This document shows, one piece after another, positions 52,101 through 64,000 of a stretch of 64,000 nucleotides of DNA. The stretch is from Ylistrum balloti (Eukaryota), in assembly GCF_031769215.1 (NCBI RefSeq), contig NW_026782569.1:186001-250000 (forward strand). The letters run 5' to 3'. The translations under genes and the position numbers were made by a program. The stretch's first letter is position 1, and each line of letters starts with the position of its first letter. The notes below the pieces were generated by a model. It was not told where the DNA came from. It saw nothing but the letters and a program-made list of their open reading frames with translations, and ran no database searches.

Positions 52101-55100
52101 AGATAGGGTCATGTGACCCTATCCTGGAGCCCAGTGACTGTAACAAGTACGTCACTTTACAGACAAGCCATGTGTTAAGAACGTCCTGATCTGTAATCCA
52201 CCTCAGGGTACCCATGTGGTTAGTTTTACGGGGACTTTGGGTGTAAAATACTCCAGGACAGGAATAATTTATGTTAGTTGCAATATCTAACTAATCAGAT
52301 ATGACTTTCCTGGGGTACAGACATGGATATTGTCACATACACTGATTTTTCTCGATATACACGGAATACTCAATTTTAAACAGTATGTTATACATTTACA
52401 TTATCTTATGTAAGTTTAACTTTTACAACATAAAAGTAAATTTTCGCATGTAAGTAGAGATAATATGAAAATATCTGAAAATGTTTACAAAGATTAACAA
52501 GAGTCTATAAACTTTTCTCAAGCAGGAATATTTTTTTACCGAGACCAGGTTATGACTTTACAGTGTGATGACACTATAAAAGCCCTCTTGAGTGATCCTA
52601 AAGTCCACGGACATCATTTACATCTTAAAATAACCTAAGTTGTTGTTATGAGGCAAAAAACACAAATTGCTTGTATATTCAATGGTTAAACATGCATTGT
52701 CATTCCGTCATCACAAATAAACAGCCAACTAATGAGTAAACCACAAACCGGACTCTCAGCGCAGGTGTCCGGGTTTCAATGAATAATGGATCGGTGATTT
52801 TGTTGGGAAAATAGGCCTGGCGTTCGATACATTGAAACATTATGTAAATGACTCCTTTAGCTATTTGGAATGTAGCAACAGGACATGAATATTTTATTTT
52901 TCTCTCCTTACTACATCCATGTAGATGTCACTTATAAACCATATTTCATTCTATATATAGAAAATGGAACATGTTCACCTTCATATCTGTAAACTTGACA
53001 CTTATTTTGGCTGTTTGTGTCTTTCTGAACTAGCCATCAATTTATTTTCGCTGATGTGGCACCCAGCATCAAGGACAAATTAGAGCAGGCTGAAACAGTT
53101 CGATTGTTCGACTTATTACCTAGCGTATCTTGCATCTAATGCTATATGTGCCTTGTAAGATGCTATTTACAAATGTGCATTTTAACATTGCTTTGTACGT
53201 TTCATTATATTACCATTTACGTAGTCTAAGATTAAGCTTGACAGCAACCAAAATGTCGGCAAAAAGTCAATTATGCTTATATTGTAATATCTTTAAGTTC
53301 ATACTTCATTTTCATATTCTTGACCGATGTAACTCTCGAGTCTGGAATTTTTTGTAATAATTCACACTTTTCACTAATGTGTGATGTTCAGACCGATAAA
53401 ACTTCGTCACACTTTTTTGTCTGTTAAAAGTATGTGTAAGTTATCTCTGGCACTTAAGTTACAGGAGATCTAAATACAATTGTAAACGACAGGTTTTACT
53501 GAACGAAACGTTATGAAATGCTGATTTTTCTTATGATATTCTTTTTTTAAACGATTAACAGATTAGGCTTCATCAAGTTTCGTTAAAGTGCGGTCGTTAT
53601 ACCAATCATCATAATGCTTTAATTAGTCTGTCTCTCATACGCTGAATGTACAATGATTTAAAAAATAATAAAACCGACACTGATTATGATAATGTGAGTT
53701 TTGTCTCCATTATGACACCAACAGTGTTGATTTGACGTGTGCCAGTAAGCGAGTCACATAGCAGTGTACATAGCTTAGAGATTATACAGCCCATAACTAT
53801 AACCCATGTAAAACAATGCATCTGTAATTTGCAATTTGTGTGCATTATATAAGATGTTCTGTATATAATATTCTCAATAGACCTACACAGGATGACAGTT
53901 ATATCATTATTATTACATGTTATGATGTCATATATGTGCTGTTTCAGTGCTCAGTGATCACCATGATCAATCATGAACAAGTGGCTGCAAAATTAGCTTA
54001 ACCTCTAACCTCAATCATAAACACCAATAATCGACTTAGCTGTTACTATATACGCGAATATACATACATTGAATTAATGTTTAATAACTGTGATTTTTAT
54101 AGCAGAGAGAACTGCTTCATTTATATACATTAGACATAATCTTTCACTACGAATAAATATTTTGTACATGTATACATATAAGTGTGTAGATTACATGAAT
54201 ATCTGGCTGTGTGTAAATCACAGTTCCCATGCAATTTTTATCATACACACAGTGTCGCCGTACAACAAAATTGTATTTGTCATGATGGTTTTTAATGGCC
54301 CGTTAAAATGTATTTATGTATTGAAGCATCTTTGAAATCGACCGATATACGTTTTATATCCATGTATGATATGCAGAATCCAGAATATGATTTATCTAAT
54401 TCTTTTCAAAGTGAGATAGTCACTATGTAAGAAATAAATAAGTAAATGAAACAAATCTGAGTGTTGAACGTATTCAAATTATAACTAATTGTAGTTTAAG
54501 ATGAACATGTGTTGTACGGATCAGATAGGGTAACTTTATTTCATCGATGTCAAGACAAAACTTTTATTTACTTTCCCGTATTGTAAAGATTTTCTCAATC
54601 ATTTATCCCGCTATTATAGTTAGACACACTGGGTTTAATCATATTGATAATGAAAAGTTTATCGGAAAAAAAGAACGCAATCACAATCCTGACCCAACTT
54701 GAATAAAACTAGGGCAAACTATGAATAAAGAAAACATTACACGGAGACTCCCGAAAAAGCACAATGAGAGTAAGACCATGTGTTCAGGAAGAGAATGCGT
54801 CGCTGATTCATCGACGACATCAACCCCATGTAAACATTGAAATCTCAACAATTCTTACACAGTTAATATTATGGAACTCAGCATCCTTATTTGTTAACTT
54901 GATAAATCAATAACTTAATTATATCTTATACACATGGAGAGATAACATGCATTTCTTCATTAAATCATTCCCTCGAAATTGAACTCTGAATCTTGTTCTG
55001 TTTAATATTACCGGATAAACATAACGTGAAAATGTTATATTTTCTTAACAGATAACGTTGGTCAATTTTCACGCTGTATCACGTGTCTAGTGGATGTTAA

Positions 55101-58100
55101 TTGTCTACTATGCAAGTTTCTTCTTGTTGTAATTACGTGCCAGTAATCTTACAGTGTCTTAATTAAGGAAAAGCAATAGATTACACAATGTTTCAGCTCG
55201 TTTAATGTACCATTTGCATCGTACACAAGAACCATTTCTAATTAATTTTTATTTCTTATGTCAGGGCTGCCTTGTTTATACATTAAAGTGGACTGTAATA
55301 TCCCTTCTCCAGTGTATCAATTTCCTGGAAATATGGCTGACGGAATAAACCTACATCCTTTACAATACAAATTTCAGGACTAAAAAACCGACTAATGTGT
55401 CCTACTCTTTAAAGGCCGTGTATGTTTTATGTGCCTCCAATTCTCTAATTTTAATAGGTCTGTATATATTACGGCAGATGGTATATTTACTGATCAAAAA
55501 CTCTCAATATATTAAGGTGGAGAATGCAACCACTTTTCCACATATTAATTTCCCTGTAAATATTAAGAAAATTTAAGAAAAAGTTTTATGGTCACCAATG
55601 AGAAATTTTCTATTACTTTGCGTGAAATGAAGCTGGACTTGCTCGTTAGTTTGCCTGTTAGTTCCGTTTTTATATATCTTTATTCTCATTTGGATGTTTT
55701 CCTGATACCTTCTGCTCTATATGAGTGAAATCAAAAGGCATTTAATTTGTTTCATTGTGTGTTGATAACACTTCCAAATTATTGGTTTATAACAGATACA
55801 ATCTCTGGTTTCTCAAATGCCCTCTGATAAAACAGACGCGTCGATCCCATCTTCGTGGTGGTAAATGGTTAAAATACAGCTTGAGTGACAGTGAAATGAA
55901 AGATGTAAACACAAGGATCACACATACATGGTATGTAGACGGATCAGGGCTCATTCGTCGACTACAATGAAAAAAGGGCAAATTGAATAATGACTTCGAT
56001 CTCGCACTTGTACTATGTTTCCTGGTGTTATGTCTTCATTCATCACACGTGACACAACCCTCGGCACCTCCCGAGGAGATTTGTCGCCTTGTTTAGCTGG
56101 TAGCTCCGCAAACTGTGTGCAGAGCAGTACGATAATCAGTGCTTAAATTTATAAGCTTGTCTCGAAATGTTAATAACATATCAGACGGTAAATAGAAATT
56201 AAGGAGAGGTAAAGTCCGCCTCATGATCACTACAGACACAATCCTAACGTACAATTATAAGAAAGAATGTTGTGGAATTAATGTGTGCAACAGTTTGGTA
56301 CAATGACCCATGCAGTGACTGTACAAACATTTTAGGTCTACAGATTTATCTATATTTCCGAGTTTTTATGTCTTTTACAGGATATTTAGATTAGTTTTCC
56401 GTATAAAGCGACACATGCACTCATATTAATGCCATTTAAATGGTCACCTATGAGGAATACCTCACCTCGACCTACATGTTTGCGTCTTCATTAAAACTGT
56501 AAACAGCCCACATGGCATTTACATTATGTTTATATCTCCTGTCTGTAGACCTTAAACTACTGTAAGTATGTCACTGTCAGTATTACTAGCGCGCCATCAA
56601 AAGGCCTTGATCACCTGGATGATCTGGCTAAATATTAATGGCCACAAAACGCCTTGTGGTTGCTTTTCGTAATATACACCGGAGGCGATAGTCTGACCTT
56701 TGACCACTGTTGTTGCGAGGCCTGTTACAACACATGCAGACGTTAAAATCTTATTTCTAAAATTAAGGCGTTTATCATTGTTAAAACTAAGTTTCTTTTA
56801 AAAACCAGGAGTGACCAAATATTGCTAAAATCCACCCTTAATGAAACTACTGTCTTTTTGTAATATAGTTTTATTGAAGCTGGATTTGATGTGCGAATAA
56901 AACAATTTTTTTTATGTTTGATTATGAATTTAAAGATTCTTCTTGATGAAAAGAGTAATGTTTCAGTAAAGCTTGCATTTATGTATTTGCTACCGACCAA
57001 GCATAACAAAATACAATACCAATTAGATTCGGTAAGGCAGAAAAAATGCTTTATTACACATCTTGATTTTAGGCTTGACTTGGGAGGCAAAGTCAAACAG
57101 AATCAAACTACAATAAAAAAAGTATTTGAGATTAATATTACGTTTACAGGCAATAAAGTATCAACGTGTTGACATATTGGTAAACATGTTAAATTTTATA
57201 TTGATTATCTTGATAACAATATGTTATGTTGTGAAATACAAGCCATTACTCTTTCTAAATAACATTCTTTTAGGATGTGTCACTCAGACGCTCCATAAGA
57301 GTTTTCACTATGATTGATATAACATAGCCTATTCTATCATTCTCCTGTAGAGGTGATCGTCTAATACATTAATTCACCAACCGAAGCAATGTATTCTGAA
57401 TGACAGAGTTGTCATCGGCCCAAAAATGAAGCATGGCCCTAATACCATGCATGGTCGTTGCGAAGTTATCTCCCTTGACTTTGAAGTTACATATGTTTGG
57501 CTGATTTATGTAACCCGGATGGTAGATGCTAGAGGTCGCGTCGTGTTTTACTTTGAATGATGATGTGAATGTTACACGCTTGGTTTATATATAAATATGG
57601 TTTTTTGTTCAACAACTCGTGATCAGTCAGGGGATGGAAAGTATGAAAGAGGATGGCTATGATATATTTGACATGTATTTTATAGTCGGTATATAGGATG
57701 CGTGAAAATAGGAAACTTTTCCAACCACTTCTTGCGAAGTCAGTGTTAGGACACATCTGTTTCATTTCAACCATAATGAATCTGAAAAAAGACCATTTGA
57801 AATATATCTAGAATGTAAAGGAATAAATTGCTGAATTGACTAGATATTTAAACAATGTGTTTTTAAGTTAATGGAAGGTGACCTAACGGGATATTAGAAT
57901 ACCCGTGGATTGTTCTTAAATCAATCTTTCGTAGCGGCCTTGCATTAGCCTTTAGAGGAACAATGGCAGGGAGGAATCCATGGTGGAACGATGGCAGGGT
58001 ACAATACACAATGAAAAATGACAGGATAAAGCCCACAGTAGAACAAGAAAGGGTACAATTTCGAGAAGGAACAAATGTAACATGGACTTACAAATACTCA

Positions 58101-58175
58101 AAAGATATTCCGACTGATGTGCAGCTAGGATTCACTATGTGTCCCACTGTACCTCATACAAAACGGAACCTTTAA
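49198..58175 (+). CDS. Tentative 5-exon uncharacterised secreted protein, about 186 aa
   Basis: Model: exons 49198-49291 (signal peptide MALRNRILISLCVGIIFTEFVWC, donor GTAGGC), 55265-55313, 55378-55419, 55796-55930, 57935-58175. All introns are GT-AG and phase-consistent, giving an open 561-nt frame. Exons 1, 4 and 5 are better supported than the short exons 2-3. No family recognised. Confidence 0.5.
56780..57170 (+). mobile_element. Possible heavily decayed LINE apurinic-endonuclease fragment (intronic)
   Basis: Frameshifted traces resembling FIE-SW and LHLCICYRP (EN-domain-like motifs); many stops. Confidence 0.2.
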
Positions 58176-61100
58176 CACGCGCTGCGAACAATTTAGTAAA
58201 TAAGTTTTGAAAAAGTGAGAGTTTCGGCCAGAATACTGGTCGAATATATATATATCTTTGTTGAGTTTGACGCCAATATTCTGTATCAGTTTGTAGCTGT
58301 ACATATTGGTACGAATTCTACTTCTCCTGCTGACACGTTTTATGCTTATTAGCGGTTTGTTTTCGGAAACAATTTCGCAATTATTTGTACCATTCTTGAT
58401 CACGCCATTAAATCAATCTTCACATTCAATATACCAGATAGAGGTTACTTCTATATGTTAAGCGTTTTCAATCATTTACTGTCCCCTTGCTAATGCAGTA
58501 AAATATGTACATGATTTTAACAAGAATTCATTACCTAAGTTAAGGACTCTATACCACCATGGTAATATTTTCTTTGTAATCTATTATCATTCATATTTTG
58601 TGATGTATGGTGGGGTAGTTGTTACATCACCAACACATGTTGGTTCCAGGCGAAGATTTACCAGCTATATTTGAAACAATATTGGTTGAAATTTTAAACA
58701 TGCAAAATGTCTTTTTCCACCTTTAGAAATTATTTTTTGAAAATAATTTTTCATCCTGGAAAAATATGAATATAAGAGTCCATTGAAATAACCACCATTG
58801 TAATTACAACTGCGGTTATCACAGTGAATTCTGAAATGTTACGCCTCCTATGATGTGAACATTGATATTTGTAGGAGCAATGCTAGTACTGAAGATTGTA
58901 TTTGATTTATTAGACTATAGACCAGTGAATGTGTCTTGGATTAATTTTTCATTTAAATGGTTATATCATAAAACAAAATATGATTTAATTATGATAGATT
59001 CTAATTAGCGTATGTATGATATAACAAATTCCACAACTCTCTGTCAGTGTATAAGGTAGATTTATATAGTTACTCATCACGACCTTTATACTATATATGC
59101 AAAAATCGTCCGACCTTAATTCAATGAGGTATTATTGTACTGAAAATATCAAACAACACTGTCCAATGTTTGAATAATTCTGATCACACATGTTTGTCTC
59201 GCAGACCTAATAAACCATGGAAACAGTGCTTGTCATATTAGATATTCCATTCTACTGGTGTTTCTATGAAGATTAATATGTTAATTGGTACAGAATGAAC
59301 TCATTTTGTCTAAGAGAAAATCGGATTTGGTATGCATGCGCTTAACGACGTTTGGTTTTATGACCTATCATAATCTTTGCCCTGAACTTAACAAAAAAAG
59401 AAATCATCAGAGTTCCGTAGCGAGATATCATATATCGCTAGTGAGGGTGGTTTTGTCTATAAAAACACAAATTCGTTGCGTTCAAGATGATTTATGAATA
59501 ACAGAAAGCTTCTCAAGTTGGAAAACCATATGGATCAATTTTTTAACGGTAGATATTCTTCAATGTTGAGCTTTTAAAAAATTGTCATTTGAAAAATTAC
59601 ATCTCAATGGTTCGAATCAAAATTTGGAATCTTTTTCCTGTCAACCCATACCTTTATATTGTACACAGCGTTCTTATGCACATATATATCACATTGCTGA
59701 AGGTGTGGGAACATTTTCATTGATAGCAAACGAAAAACAAACAGTATATATCACAGAAAACAACACGGTTTACATTACTAATTTTTCTTTTTTGATGTTT
59801 TGGCATGATTGCAATGATATGTAGGCACTTTTGGGGTAAAAACATATCGGGTGAGCGATTTAGGAATAGAAATAATTATTTCCGTTTCCCGTTTTGTGTA
59901 CACTTTTTATGGTCGTTTAGCACATACTTCATAACGGCAAAATGGCGACCACATCCATCTCGATACGTTTTAGTCTACAACTGTATAAAGCTAATGGGTC
60001 TGATGAGGATCGTCCTCAAGAATGCTTGGGAGTGGTACATATGTGTTTTCTGTATCGGCTGCCTTTTCAAGTTATAACGGATTAAGGAAACCGTCAATAA
60101 TAGATGACATATGATCCCCTACGATCCGAACTGGCGACGCTGGGTTATGATAGAGCAGTTCTAAAGAGTTAAAAATGTTTCATGTCATCTGTAATTATGT
60201 AAACAGTGATATCCAGGAAAACAAACACGGGTCGTTAAATTATGATCGATACAACAATAAATGTCAAACACTTGTTAGCGCGTGACGCGACAGCTACCAG
60301 GATACATCAATTAGCAATTTATACGATGTTCCACAATTCCAAGATTTTGTATTCGTGTTTTTCTCCCTTTTACTTGTTGTCCGTGGGTCAAATCGAGAAC
60401 TGAAATGTGTTGGTCGTTTTGCCAAGTTGGGAAATAAATATTTCTTGTTAGTAATCACGAAATGTTTTTTTCTCGTTACTAGATTGAATTTATTTTTCAT
60501 TAGTATGTGTATGTGAAGAACTTCTGAAAACTAATCGAACGTTATATTTAGTCGAATATCCGTTACACGTTTGACTCTTGTCACCCTATCTAATTTAAAA
60601 TCCCCATCAGTAGATGTATATTGAACAGTTTGTAAACTTTCATTTGAATATTATAATACTGCACATGAATTGTGCAGGACCAAAAAAGGTCATTAGCTCT
60701 TTGAAACTGATTTAAAGGATTTTTTATCCACACGCTCTTACATTGTGCATAAAGGATTTCTCTCCATCTATACGACTCTAAGCGGTCGTTGACAGACTAT
60801 GTTTTTTTCTGGCAAGCATATATTTCCGTTGACCACCATCTGACCAGGGAATACCTTCAGGCATCACCACGGCTAGAGTACAACATGATCACGTGATGTC
60901 GAGAACGTGGGTGTCCGGACCACATTATTGAATCCGTACAACTAATATTATGTTGAAAGAGAGGTTTATTGGTCACGTGATCGACTTCCTTCTCGTGTCA
61001 GTAAGAAAGTGCGCACAAAGAGACATCATTTCTGATAAGAGCGACACATAAGTCATGAGCAGCGGAAGAGGGCGTTACTACAATGATTTAGTTTACCTTA

Positions 61101-64000
61101 AAGTGTTTGGTGATACTACTATATGAAGTCTCCATTGTTGTAATGAGAGTTAAGGAGTAGATGACAGCAATAAAAGAGTTGCAAACAAGTTTGCAAATGC
61201 AAATTATCAGTTATCATAAACTTTTGATTAGATCAGCAGGTACGAACATAACATGGATTGTTTAATTAGATAATGTTTTCGAGATTCTAGTACTGAAAAT
61301 GACAGTCGCGCTTGGGTTTGTGGAAACTAGCACCTTATATTGAAATTGCCGGGGGTATGTTTGCTTATGGGGTTTAGCATCATTGGTCAATGTTGAAATG
61401 TGCGAACTGGTTCCTGTGGTGTATCACAGCATTACCTGTGAGCATTACATTATATGTACCAACATTGAGCTTTACGAGTCTACAATGATATGTCAACACT
61501 GAACGGATGTATTAGTTAGATGTAGCTCGAAATGTCGACACTTTATTGTACAGTTTCGTGTAGATCTAGCACCACATGTCAACATGATACGATTCGCTGT
61601 ATTGAGGAATGCTGAACAATATCTGAAGTTATTATTTTCTCTCATACAAAGAATGTTATCAACGACAACGATTCTTCTCGCTTATGTCCAATCCTTTGAA
61701 GAGATAACTGAATAATCCACCTATTTCGTAACTTTCTATTTGATCAAATTGATCTGACAATAGTTAGTATTTTGCCTTCGTTTTCTTCCTTGGCAATTGT
61801 ACCACAATTTCTATCATAAGTTCAAAAGATTGGTTGTAGCTTTGCCGAAACATCACTTGCTGTCGCCCTGCCAAAGGGTACAAGAATTGACCCGTTTGTG
61901 ATGGCCTTAGAATTCCTTCCATAGATTGGTCCGCGACATACTATTGTGTAAAGTCTGTTGATCATTTACCTGTCATGGCCGTCGCTAAAAAAGATTTAAT
62001 GCCGAATGTCCCCAGGCGACACACTGTCGTTCCTTGTACTTACAACAGAGACTAACTGTATTCATTAACATTTTAATCTATTTCATCATTTATATTAATT
62101 AATATTTGTTATCCTTCAAAAATATTGTCGATCACTGTCTGTCTCTTCTCGACAGGTGATGGAAACCTTTATTTGAAACCTACAGTACGAAAAAGGGAAT
62201 CAAACATCATTGCATAGTCATATGGAACATCCCCTCCGACTCGAGCAAACAATTTTCACATCTATTTTTATAATGAAAAACTTGTGTTTAAATCTAGCTT
62301 AATATAAAATATCTCTTTTGCTTTCTTTAAAGGGCAATTTCTACGTTAATCTAATAATTGCCAATAATGTTTAATGATAAATGTTTTGGGATACTAACAA
62401 TAAACAAATACAATACATTTTCAATCGAAATTATAAAAGACATAACTGAGATCCATATTAGCAAGGGTGATCTCTACACGAACATATCACAATTTGTTTT
62501 CTGTGGACTATCGAATTTTTGTTTCGACAACACTTCGACATCTATCATTAGATTTCATTAACACTTAATTGTCATTGTATAAAGCCTTTTCCAAAGCGCA
62601 ATATCCATGTATATCAAAACGTCTACAAAATGTTGACATCATCACATCTTACGTTATAACGTGTTATTATCTCCCCTTGTGTATATAAAATATAACGCAT
62701 GGTGTGATAGCCTAAATGCTTGATAAACCAATCACCGGTAGCAAAACTATGACGTTGAATGTATTTTTCAAGTTAACGAAAAACAACAAGAAAATACCAA
62801 TGTATACTTAGGGTGTCGTTTGGCATTGTTTCCTTTTTGTAAACTCTGAAACACTCCTTCCCATTGTTTGCTTCCTGACACTGAGTTTGCCTTGAACCAA
62901 AAGTAAACGAACGTCGGTTTTAATGTTGTTTTCATTTGGAAAAGAGTCCTTACTTACAGGGATTAACTAAGGTTATACATGGCGGTATCGTCAATAAACC
63001 CTTCAGGAACACCTTGGCTCATTTGCTTCTGTCAGAAAATGCCGAGTAAATTCTTCGTTTGTTCATATTTGGCTTTACTTTCATAGGATTTTAGATTGGC
63101 ATGTTAGTATATTTTTTGTTGTTTTGTTTACGAGAGTGTCCTACAAATCAGATATAACAAAGACATCCAATGTCTGCCTTGTATATTCGTAAGAGGCCTC
63201 TGAACTTTAGACATTGATATCTAATATCATGAATAAAGGTCTAAGCGTCCACCCTTATGCATCCCCGATACCCCAGGGCTACGATCCTTTTCGCTCTCTG
63301 CAACCCCGGAACATGCCATGAAAAGGATTAAAGCACAAACGAAGTAATTTGATTGGATCCAGGTGAAAAAAAACTGACCAATCATAGGCTGATACGCCTC
63401 TTTTGAAGATTAATTGATATTTTTTAAAACGTATTTTCTTTCTATCGGCTATTTTATTTTTATTCCAGTGTTATCAAACCTACCACTTTGATGTTTTCAT
63501 ATTGTTGGCTAACAAGACCGGTCAACGTTACGTTAACGTCATTTACTGTGTGAAACGAATAATATCGAGCCATCATTTATATTCATCTAAGTTCTGAAGT
63601 AGGATGCATGCCACATTTTGATTCATTCGAAAAGTGGCATCGATCAGCATATACACGTGTATACAATATGTACTTTCTAATAATATCATGAGATATACGA
63701 AAATGATTTAATTATGGAGAAAATTTGGGAATTCATACCTTTACCAAATAAAACATATTGTAACCGAACTGATTTCATCAGCTTCCGAGCTTTAAACATT
63801 TGCTGACTCTGAATTTTACTGCCTTAACAATCTTTCTGGATTTTACAAGTGCATCATAAGCATCACAGATGATAATCTTGAAGGACAACGCAGCTTTATT
63901 TGTAGTTCCGTACTAGATACCTTTCCATATATTTACAACATATTCAGGAATGTTATCAACTGAAGTGCACGTTGTTTAGATCAATAAAACCTGATCTTAT

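Noticed and set aside
61920-62050. DWSATYYC resembling an Ig V-set motif
   Set aside because: No upstream Cys/Trp Ig core in frame; stops flank the segment.

Overview
AT-rich, intron-rich animal genomic DNA, most likely from a bivalve mollusc (inferred from composition and repeat types). The ORF track is largely uninformative, so I built genes by hand from splice sites and reading phase. Six protein-coding loci are supported: (1) the first coding exon of a CaMKIV-like kinase (minus strand, 559-653; the rest of the gene lies left of the window); (2) a complete 9-exon N-acetylgalactosamine kinase GALK2 (+, 2333-11135, 457 aa); (3) a complete 7-exon alpha-arrestin of the ARRDC2/3/4 type with a PPSY motif (-, 16878-25596, 394 aa); (4) a secreted coiled-coil protein of 254 aa with an ANGPTL/myocilin-type N-terminal Cys motif but no C-terminal globular domain (+, 29529-30293); (5) a complete 4-exon KXD1 (-, 35934-39884, 152 aa); (6) a tentative 5-exon secreted protein of about 186 aa that I cannot assign to a family (+, 49198-58175). 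Introns and intergenic DNA hold seven minisatellite arrays (units of 65, 44, 26, 48, 50/47, 38 and 31 bp), several decayed non-autonomous Helitron/Helentron-like repeats, two fold-back palindromic elements, a SINE remnant and clusters of CRE and E-box motifs. I found no rRNA, tRNA, CRISPR array or intact transposase/RT gene. The most interesting items are the two orphan secreted proteins, the splice architecture just after the stop codon of the coiled-coil gene, and possible ancient linkage of CAMK4-GALK2-ARRDC-KXD1.
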